Shown here: positions 51,730 to 58,744 of the stretch, piece after piece | Numbering within the stretch: the first letter of the stretch is position 1 | Layout of the letters: each line of letters opens with the position of its first letter | Origin: an uncultured Clostridia bacterium | Lineage (GTDB): Bacteria; Bacillota; Clostridia; Christensenellales; Aristaeellaceae | Assembly (NCBI GenBank): GCA_946527725.1 | Contig: CAMMYM010000001.1 | Location: forward strand, 1-58,744 | Length of the DNA: 58,744 nucleotides | Direction of reading: 5' to 3' | Program-made: the position numbers and the translations under genes | The notes under the pieces: generated by a model | Told to the model about the DNA's origin: nothing | The model's input: only the letters and a program-made list of their open reading frames with translations | Databases searched by the model: none

Positions 51730-52330
51730 CAGGATTGCACTACTTGCTGTTTCAGTGATGCTGGCCCTGGCTATGGTCAGCTGCGCGGCAGCTGAAAACA
51801 GCACCGGCGCTTCCAGTATCCGGGATATGGTCATGACTGAAAAGAAAGCCTTTTCCTTTCGGAACGGCATTACCTGGGGCATGAATCCCCAGCAGGTTGC
51901 TGCGATCGAAAATGTACCGATGGAACAGGCTTTTTCATCAGAATGGTCTATCCTGCTGACATCGTCACAGGTGCCGGTGAGCCGCTTTTCCGCAGACCTG
52001 GTTTATATCTTCAGGCAGGATGCGCTCCGGATGATCACCTATGAATTCAAGAATGACTGCAGCACGCTGAATTACCAGTACCTGGCCGGTGCGCTCTGCT
52101 CGCTTTACGGAGAAAGCAAGGAAGCCGGCCCGGCGATGATCAAGGGATGGATGGACCGCGTTTACCAGAATTATTACAATCAGGATCTTATTCACAATGC
52201 AATGGAATGGACTGCAGAAGACGGAACTGCAATTTACCTGTATTATGTAACAGAGAAAACGTATGCGATCCTTTATGTCTGCCCGAACCAGGGCGGGGGA
52301 AGCAGCAATTATAATACGGACGGCTTATAA
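51719..52330 (+). CDS. Exported hypothetical protein (possible lipoprotein)
   Basis: Signal peptide ...LAMVSCAAA; FRNGITWGM motif; overlaps the upstream stop codon. Confidence 0.72.
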   Translation: MRNNRIALLAVSVMLALAMVSCAAAENSTGASSIRDMVMTEKKAFSFRNGITWGMNPQQVAAIENVPMEQAFSSEWSILLTSSQVPVSRFSADLVYIFRQDALRMITYEFKNDCSTLNYQYLAGALCSLYGESKEAGPAMIKGWMDRVYQNYYNQDLIHNAMEWTAEDGTAIYLYYVTEKTYAILYVCPNQGGGSSNYNTDGL

Positions 52331-52337
52331 AGCATGA

Positions 52338-52378
52338 GAAAGAACAGCTCCCCGATTTTCAGGGGAGCTGTTCTTTTC
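52338..52378. terminator. Bidirectional terminator
   Basis: AAAGAACAGCTCCC...GGGAGCTGTTCTTT between convergent genes. Confidence 0.87.
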
Positions 52379-52391
52379 AGACCGGAGTCTG

Positions 52392-54107
52392 TTATTCTGA
52401 AAGTCCTGATAATGATTCATAGGTTACACCGTACTTTTCAGCGATATTCCTTGCGAACGATTTGCCCTCAGGCGGTGCAATCCGGACATGGAAGGAATTC
52501 CGGCCTCCTGAAGTTTCTGCGACAAGGGAAACTGCTTTGGCAATACATGAATCCCTGTTGATCGTTTTATCAAGGTCAGAAGCCAGTTTATGCATATGTG
52601 TATTGTAAATTGTCCGTATACCGCGGTCCAGGATGGCCTTGACGGCATCCACAGCGATAAAATACCCTTCTTCAAAGGATGTGGTCGAGAACGTTTCATT
52701 CAGCAACAGGACGCTGTTTCCTGTTGACGCAGTGAAAAGACTGCGGAAACGCCTGCATTCTTCTCCCAGCCTGCCAAGATCCAGTGTCTTGTCCTCATCT
52801 GCGGGGAAGTGTGTCAGGACGAGATCCGCAGGAGAAAACCGGAAACGTGATGCAGGTACAAAGATGCCGCACTGAGCCAGCAGGAACAGCTGCCCGATGG
52901 CCTGTGTGATGGTCGTTTTTCCGCCGCGGTTTGCACCGGTCAGGATATAAACCCGCTTTTCCGAATCGAAAGAGAGGCTGTTCAGGATAACCTGCCCGGG
53001 TTTCAGGGATCCGATCAGTTTCAGGTTATAGATCCCTTCCGCGGCCATATCCGTTGAAGAAGAATTGCCGGAAAGGACCTCCGGCTTGCAGAAACTCCAG
53101 CCCTGCGTCCTGCATTTTCCGATATATTCTGCCCACCGAGTATAGAAAAGCAGCTCGGGAATCAAATCAGAGATTTCCTTGACGCTGATGTTCAGGTACT
53201 TTTCCAGCATATCCTTAAGCCTGCGTGCAATCCTGGAAGCCAGCATGGAAGCTGCAGAATCCATTTGCCGTGAAACACTGGAAAGCCCGTCCGCGTCGGG
53301 AATACGGGCCATGGACAGCATGGCGATCGGGTTGCGCATCAGCGCAGAGGCGGTGGCAACGTTCCCGACTGCGGTAAGCAGGCCTGCTTCCGAATTGGCC
53401 GGATAGAAGGAATAACTGTTGTTCCATTCCGCTTCAGCTTCAAGATGGTCTGAAGGATTTACTGCATTGATAAAGTTTTTCAGCAGCCCTGATTTCGAAA
53501 AGGGTTTTCGGTTTACAGAAACAAGCCCCATGCTGACCGCTTCAAAGCGTTCATTCAGGTTGATGCCGACTGTGATACTTTTCAGTTCTGAGGCAGAAAT
53601 GCCCATTTCTTCAACATCTTTTTTCAGTGCGGCAAATCCACTGTCCTCGTAAATCCTGTTGATGGTTTCCAGGAGTATGCGAAGGCCTTCGGAATGCAGG
53701 TCGCGGTCGGAAAGGCATTCACGCAGCGACTCCACTGTGACCACATAGCTGCGGTATTCTTCCAGCCTGTGCATCAGATCCCAGAGGCCGGCCTCATCGC
53801 CCATACCGCGTTTGACGATCCCGTAGTCATAAAAAGTTTTAACTTTTTCAAGCATTGACATCATTTTTTCGCGAATGTCAGGATGATTCAGGATGTCCTC
53901 GAAAACATCGCAACGGAAAGCGCTGACAGCAGGATCATCTGTCATGCTCGTCATTACCCGGCGCAGCAACTGCACTTCCTGGGGCTTTTGTGCCACTTTC
54001 TCAATGACGGCGTCAAGGCCGAGATCATGCCAGGCTGCTTCAGGCAATTCCCGGTAGGTGACTTTACTCTGCCTGGGGAACAGAATGCTCAACGGATCAT
54101 GTTTCAT
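52392..54107 (-). CDS. MutS-related ATPase (domain V only, no mismatch-binding domain)
   Basis: ILTGANRGGKTT, THFP, GRLGEE, LLNETFSTT, NTHMH. Confidence 0.85.
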   Translation of the reverse strand: MKHDPLSILFPRQSKVTYRELPEAAWHDLGLDAVIEKVAQKPQEVQLLRRVMTSMTDDPAVSAFRCDVFEDILNHPDIREKMMSMLEKVKTFYDYGIVKRGMGDEAGLWDLMHRLEEYRSYVVTVESLRECLSDRDLHSEGLRILLETINRIYEDSGFAALKKDVEEMGISASELKSITVGINLNERFEAVSMGLVSVNRKPFSKSGLLKNFINAVNPSDHLEAEAEWNNSYSFYPANSEAGLLTAVGNVATASALMRNPIAMLSMARIPDADGLSSVSRQMDSAASMLASRIARRLKDMLEKYLNISVKEISDLIPELLFYTRWAEYIGKCRTQGWSFCKPEVLSGNSSSTDMAAEGIYNLKLIGSLKPGQVILNSLSFDSEKRVYILTGANRGGKTTITQAIGQLFLLAQCGIFVPASRFRFSPADLVLTHFPADEDKTLDLGRLGEECRRFRSLFTASTGNSVLLLNETFSTTSFEEGYFIAVDAVKAILDRGIRTIYNTHMHKLASDLDKTINRDSCIAKAVSLVAETSGGRNSFHVRIAPPEGKSFARNIAEKYGVTYESLSGLSE

Positions 54108-54419
54108 TCAATCAAAATCCTTTGTTACAGTGTAAATATTTTGGCCAATTCGCATTGTACCATGATTCACGTGTAAAAGGAAACATACTTTCGGAAAGCA
54201 AAGTACAACCGGCGAGGTTGCCGGAGCTTCTCTCCGGCATTGCAAATACCGGGACAGCAGATGACGATTCCGGATAAACCAAACTGCATTCATCCGTTTG
54301 CAGAAGAGCAGACCGGAAGTAAAGAGGGAGAGAGGGCTGCGCCTCTCTCCTTAATGGGTTGCAATGTGGGTACTATGACATGAAAACAGGTAAATCCGGA
54401 AGTATCCGCAGGAAAAACG

Positions 54420-54452
54420 AAAACCCCTGATGCCTTATGCATCAAGGGTTTT
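54420..54452 (-). terminator. Terminator of the tRNA-Pro transcript
   Basis: AAAACCCTTGATGC...GCATCAGGGGTTTT hairpin on the minus strand, 4 nt after the tRNA. Confidence 0.8.
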
Positions 54453-54455
54453 GTG

Positions 54456-54529
54456 TCTGGGTGAGAAGATTCGAACTTCCGGCCTCTTGAACCCCATTCA
54501 AGCACGCTACCAAACTGCGCCACACCCAG
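54456..54529 (-). tRNA. tRNA-Pro(GGG), CCA not encoded
   Basis: CTGGGTG acceptor stem with C1:G72 and A73; D arm GCGCAGTTTGGTAGCGT; anticodon arm CTTGA-ATGGGGT-TCAAG; T loop GTTCGAATC. Confidence 0.97.
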
Positions 54530-54563
54530 ATAACGCCATCAGACTAAATCCGACAACAGAAGT

Positions 54564-54592
54564 ATATTATCATAAACAACGCCAAGTGTCAA
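54564..54592 (-). promoter_or_regulatory. Promoter of tRNA-Pro
   Basis: TTGACA-N17-TAATAT with an extended TG. Confidence 0.7.
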
Positions 54593-54673
54593 CCAAAAAT
54601 GATGATTTGCAAAGCAAAATGATGATCGGCGAGGCATGTGACGGAAATCCGACAGCATAAAACTGACAGAAAA

Positions 54674-54997
54674 TCAGGCTTCAGGAAGCTTTGTTTTTAA
54701 TTCTTCGATTTCTTTCTCCAGTTGCTCAATATCCTGCCGGAGTGCCTGTGCGCGTTCTTCAGATTCTGTAATGGTCAGTTCGGCATCACGCAATTCGTTT
54801 TTGACCTCTTTAAGTTCTTTCTGGATAACAAGTTTTTCCTCATTGGTTTGTTTCCAGGCCGCAGTGCTTTCCGACAAGTCTTTTTTCAGGGCAGAAAGCT
54901 CCTTGCGGGCGGTGAAATACCTGCTGCCGAAAACAATCATCAGCACTGTTCCCAGAAGCATGACAAGTGAAAGGAGTATTTTTGCCGGTTTATTCAT
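54674..54997 (-). CDS. Bitopic coiled-coil hypothetical protein
   Basis: N-terminal TM then an uninterrupted heptad; AGGAGG RBS; overlaps the upstream gene. Confidence 0.78.
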   Translation of the reverse strand: MNKPAKILLSLVMLLGTVLMIVFGSRYFTARKELSALKKDLSESTAAWKQTNEEKLVIQKELKEVKNELRDAELTITESEERAQALRQDIEQLEKEIEELKTKLPEA

Positions 54998-55352
54998 TTG
55001 CGGTATCCTCCTGGGAAGTCATTTCCCGGAGCTTTTGCTCCAGTTCGTTTTTTTCGGCCCGAAGCTCTTTGCGGCGTGCTTTCAGCTCGCTGACCTGCGT
55101 TTCAGCCTGTTCGGCAAGGGGTTTCTTCTCTTCCAGCTGTGCTTTTACCTGGGGCAGTTCAGCGACAGCTTTATCATATTCGCTCTGCTGCTTGTTTTCG
55201 CGGCCGCGGCTTGTGTCCAGGCTCTGCTGAGCTTCTGCGGTCCTGGCTGTCATGGATGACATCGATGGAATATACCATGCCATGAAAGCAGTAAAAATGA
55301 AAAGGAATACCACACAGCATACTGTGAAGCAGGTGAATTTCTTTTTCATCAC
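54990..55352 (-). CDS. Bitopic coiled-coil hypothetical protein
   Basis: KKK + TM then a heptad; overlaps the hydrolase stop codon. Confidence 0.78.
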   Translation of the reverse strand: MMKKKFTCFTVCCVVFLFIFTAFMAWYIPSMSSMTARTAEAQQSLDTSRGRENKQQSEYDKAVAELPQVKAQLEEKKPLAEQAETQVSELKARRKELRAEKNELEQKLREMTSQEDTANE

Positions 55353-56335
55353 ATTTCAGCCTCCTTCAGGAAGAGCAGGTTTTCATGCCACCAGGGGAAG
55401 AACACATCGTTTGTTGAGCGGTAAATTTCATGGCGGGCACCTTTGACAAAAATGTGTTTTCCCTTCGGGACCCGGTTGATAAACAAATCCTGCGGTTTGG
55501 GCATAACGCTGAAATCATGTTCTGCCGTGCTCAGCAGCACTGGGCATACGATGGATTCGGGTGCACCGGGGGAAAGGATCTGTTTTGTCACCCCGATGGA
55601 TTCAAGCGTCCAGCGATAGGTCGGAACAGTATTCCAGAAATCTTCCCTGGAAGCTTTGACTTCATCGTACCACGCAAAGCGGACAGGATCCGAAGCACAG
55701 GATGTTTCAAAATCCTCCGGACCGCTGTACGTTTTCATAAAGAAAGGATGGTGTTTTCCGTTGCCGAATGCACAGGCAGCCCTGCATACAGCGGCGGCCG
55801 CCGATGCGGGTATTTTTGTGTTTGGGGCAATCATCGGTGCACACATGCAGGCTGTTGAAAAGACATCGCGGTATGTTTCAAGGAACAAAGCTCCGACTGC
55901 ACCGCCCATGGAATGGCAGAACAGGGCCCATGGTTTCGGGCATGCCTTCAGTATTTCGTCACATACCGTTTTCAGGTCATCCACATAATCGCTGAAACGG
56001 TCCACATGCGTAAGGGAGGGATGGGAAAGGCCTTCGGCACGCCCGGAACGGCCGTGGCCTCGCTGGTCATAGGCAACGACATCAAAACTGTTTTTCACGA
56101 GCGAATAGATTACTTCGGAAAACTTGTAGGCATTTTCAGTAAAACCGTGTAAAACCAGGACGGTGCCGTGGGGGCTTTCGGCATGGAATCGTTCGCAGTA
56201 CAGGGGAACCTGGCCTGTTCCGGGTATTATGCTTTCCTCCCGGCAAGCCTGAAGCGCGGGGATGACCTCGCTGCTGACCACATCTTTATAGTCCGGGGAG
56301 CAAACCAGGAAATCCTCATTAAACCTGCCAATCAT
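55349..56335 (-). CDS. Alpha/beta hydrolase, lysophospholipase L2 (PldB)-like
   Basis: LHGFTE, YDQRGHGRS, CHSMGG nucleophile elbow, D-x-x-V, GARHEI. Confidence 0.87.
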   Translation of the reverse strand: MIGRFNEDFLVCSPDYKDVVSSEVIPALQACREESIIPGTGQVPLYCERFHAESPHGTVLVLHGFTENAYKFSEVIYSLVKNSFDVVAYDQRGHGRSGRAEGLSHPSLTHVDRFSDYVDDLKTVCDEILKACPKPWALFCHSMGGAVGALFLETYRDVFSTACMCAPMIAPNTKIPASAAAAVCRAACAFGNGKHHPFFMKTYSGPEDFETSCASDPVRFAWYDEVKASREDFWNTVPTYRWTLESIGVTKQILSPGAPESIVCPVLLSTAEHDFSVMPKPQDLFINRVPKGKHIFVKGARHEIYRSTNDVFFPWWHENLLFLKEAEM

Positions 56336-56356
56336 AGCTGACTCCTTTCCGTTTTA

Positions 56357-57583
56357 TCAGTTTCTGCGCGTACGGTATTTTACGCGGACGCGGTAGGGAT
56401 TATGCAGTGTCTGCGGTGCGTTGACAGGAATGGAAACAGAACGGTTTCGTGTCACATTCAGCACAAGTCCTACGCCGCCCATGTTTGTCATCATGTTCGA
56501 GCCGCCGTAAGAGAGGAAGGGAAGTGGAATGCCCGTGATCGGCATCAGTCCAAGCGTCATGGCGATATTCTCCAGGACGTGGAAAAGCAGCATACCCATC
56601 ACACCGCAAATAATCAGGCGCCCGAATTTATCCCTTGTATACCAGGCAAGATGAAGCATCCGAAGCAGGATAAGGACATAGATGACAAGGACGGTGACGC
56701 AGCCGACAAATCCCCATGTTTCACCGATCGTGGCATAGATAAAATCTGTCCAGTCAGCCGGTACATAGTTCAGCTGGGAGATCGCGCCATTGATAAACAT
56801 ACCGATACCGGAAAATCCGCCCGAACCGATAGTCATCTTGGACATTGTCTGCTGGTATGCGTCATCTGATGCGTACATATCAGGGTTCAGCCATCCGGCA
56901 ATCCGTGCAAGTCGGTAGTCCTGGGATCCCGTAGCGATCATAAAACCGTATATGGACAGGATCCCGAGGATCGCAATCGCTGCCAGTATGCCGAGGGTTT
57001 TCAGGGAAACATTGGCAAAATACATCATGACAGCGAAAAGGAAAATAATCACCAGCAGGGAACCTGTTTCACCTTCGAGCAGGATAACCATGCCCGGGAT
57101 CAGCACCATTGCAAAAATGCGGATAAAAGACCTCATGTCTGAAAGGGGACGGTCCTGCTTAGCGAGATTCTTGGCAAGGATAAGTATCATCGACAGCTTG
57201 GCAAATTCAGAAGGCTGGATTGTATATCCCCAAAGGATATCAAGCCAGGCTTTTACGCCCTGGGCACGGTTGAAAATAGTCGTTACCGTCAGCAGGATAA
57301 AAGCAATCCAGTAGAACAATTCCGCCCGTTGGCGAAGTACGTCATATGGGAAAGCCATAATAACGCCGACAACAAGAGGCGCAACAAGCAGGAAGAGGCA
57401 CTGGCGGGTGGCGTAATATGAATCGAAAATGTGATTCAGGAAGGACGCCTCCGTATCCTGGCCGGGTGAAAAAGTTGCCACGCAGACAGCTACGATGCCA
57501 AAAAGGGACAGACCAAACACAAGCGCAATCAGAACGCCGTCTACATGCGCACGTGAATGGCGGTTCTCTTCAGTGACGGTCAA
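56357..57583 (-). CDS. rodA: SEDS peptidoglycan glycosyltransferase (RodA/FtsW family)
   Basis: IQPSEFAK, TDFIYATIGETWG, ITGIPLPFLSYGGS; in an operon with a class B PBP. Confidence 0.9.
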   Translation of the reverse strand: MTVTEENRHSRAHVDGVLIALVFGLSLFGIVAVCVATFSPGQDTEASFLNHIFDSYYATRQCLFLLVAPLVVGVIMAFPYDVLRQRAELFYWIAFILLTVTTIFNRAQGVKAWLDILWGYTIQPSEFAKLSMILILAKNLAKQDRPLSDMRSFIRIFAMVLIPGMVILLEGETGSLLVIIFLFAVMMYFANVSLKTLGILAAIAILGILSIYGFMIATGSQDYRLARIAGWLNPDMYASDDAYQQTMSKMTIGSGGFSGIGMFINGAISQLNYVPADWTDFIYATIGETWGFVGCVTVLVIYVLILLRMLHLAWYTRDKFGRLIICGVMGMLLFHVLENIAMTLGLMPITGIPLPFLSYGGSNMMTNMGGVGLVLNVTRNRSVSIPVNAPQTLHNPYRVRVKYRTRRN

Positions 57584-58388
57584 GCGGTGTAACCTCCTTC
57601 GGAATGCGCGGGAAAAGGCGCTGGCGCAAGGTGATGCGTTGTTTCCCGATTTCAGGGAACGGAATCATGCTGCCGTGCAGGCGTTCGGCGATCCTGAGCA
57701 CGGCAAGGCGTGCCTCACAGTCATAATTGATGAACAGGGAATTCCGGAGAACAGAACGGTAGACGACGGGATCATCAGGAATCTCGCCGGCAAGCGGGAG
57801 ATCAAGCGTGTCGGCTATGACACGCGCAGAAAGCATTTCTTTTCTTCTGATCAATTCATTCTCAAGCCTGTTGACAATAAGCTCCGGCCGGGGCAGCTGT
57901 TTGGCTTCGATGACCTGTGCAGCTCTTTCCGCGTCGCGTATGCAGAGCTGGTCCGGGGTTGTTACAAGCAGGACCCTGTCCGGCTGTGCGTTCAGAAGAT
58001 TCCGGAAGCCTTTTTCAATGCCGGCAGGCGCATCAATCAGGATATATTCATAATCCTGCTTCAGCGTATTGATCATCTTTCTGAAACGGTTGCGATCCAG
58101 GTCACGGACACGCGCAAACTGGGACGCGGGCAGAAGCTTCAGTCCCGGGCATGAGGGGCAGTCGTGCAAAGCTTCACTGATCGTACATTCTTTATTTACG
58201 GCATCAATCAGGTCATACACAACCAGGTTTTCAAGCCCAAGGAGTGTATCCTGGCTGCGAAGGCCGATATCGGCATCGATGATCACGGTGGAACGTCCTG
58301 CGGAGGCCAGCGCAGCGCCAAGATTCGCAGCGATAACTGATTTTCCCACGCCTCCTTTTCCGGAAACAATCAGGATTGATTCTGCCAT
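57570..58388 (-). CDS. minD: Septum site-determining ATPase MinD
   Basis: SGKGGVGKS deviant Walker A, DADIGLR, IDAPAGIE.GF, IRDAER. Confidence 0.9.
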   Translation of the reverse strand: MAESILIVSGKGGVGKSVIAANLGAALASAGRSTVIIDADIGLRSQDTLLGLENLVVYDLIDAVNKECTISEALHDCPSCPGLKLLPASQFARVRDLDRNRFRKMINTLKQDYEYILIDAPAGIEKGFRNLLNAQPDRVLLVTTPDQLCIRDAERAAQVIEAKQLPRPELIVNRLENELIRRKEMLSARVIADTLDLPLAGEIPDDPVVYRSVLRNSLFINYDCEARLAVLRIAERLHGSMIPFPEIGKQRITLRQRLFPRIPKEVTPLDRH

Positions 58389-58406
58389 AGGTAAAACCCT
58401 CCTTCG

Positions 58407-58744
58407 TTACGGGGCGATAGAATTACCGACAGGCAGACTGTAATCCACACTGCGGAGTTCCTTTTGGTCGAGATACCACTGGATAAAATCACGCGGCGCC
58501 TTGGATGCTTCAGAACCTGAATAACCGTTCGGAATAAAGCATGCGATAGCAATTTCCGGATTCTCGTAAGGAGCGAAGCAGACGAACCAGGAGTTGTTTT
58601 CCAGGTCGATTGAGGTAACCTGGGCGGTTCCTGTTTTTGCTGCGATTTCATTTTTATACTTGTACTTCCTGAAGTATTTGTCCGCAGTACCGGATTCGTC
58701 AACCACGCCTTTCATGCCTTCACGAATCAGCGGAAGGTATTCAT
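58407..58744 (-). CDS. mrdA: Class B penicillin-binding protein (PBP2/MrdA-like), C-terminal part; start lies outside the window
   Basis: MKGVV..SGTA, AKTGTAQ (KTG motif), WFVCFAPYENPEIA. Confidence 0.85.
   Translation of the reverse strand, partial: EYLPLIREGMKGVVDESGTADKYFRKYKYKNEIAAKTGTAQVTSIDLENNSWFVCFAPYENPEIAIACFIPNGYSGSEASKAPRDFIQWYLDQKELRSVDYSLPVGNSIAP

Noticed and set aside
54108-54293. 61-aa ORF abutting the MutS-like start (leader peptide?)
   Set aside because: No RBS and atypical composition; a likely -10 box (TGGTACAAT, about 54157-54165) lies inside it.
54290-54523. 77-aa minus-strand ORF
   Set aside because: Overlaps the tRNA-Pro gene and its terminator.

Overview
Chromosomal backbone segment of a Bacillota (Clostridia-type) bacterium, judged from the CIRCE-controlled groESL, sigma-A promoters and dgt-dnaG-rpoD-trmK-nif3 order. 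Plant-glycan genes suggest a gut or rumen anaerobe (inference). The window is densely coding, with about 55 CDS and one tRNA-Pro(GGG). I saw no CRISPR array, transposase, integrase or phage structural gene. Housekeeping blocks are dnaG-rpoD, dapF, argF, mutY, groESL, metA, greA-lysS and pbp2-minD-rodA. Carbohydrate modules are LacI-malQ, a sensing SBP-kinase-AraC regulator plus sugar ABC transporter, a GH67 and a GH5. The best candidates for undescribed biology are: (1) an operon with a phosphodiester glycosidase, a non-canonical Lgt-like protein and an MFS-like/acyltransferase fusion, with a second Lgt-like gene and a GT2-GtrA nearby; (2) an XRE-S24 self-cleaving repressor coupled to a stand-alone LexA DNA-binding domain, with visible operators; (3) an HTH + PD-(D/E)XK nuclease-like gene coupled to metA; (4) a pbp2-minD-rodA operon lacking minC/minE that ends in two FtsL/FtsB-shaped coiled-coil proteins. 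All product calls come from motif recognition by eye; no database searches were run.
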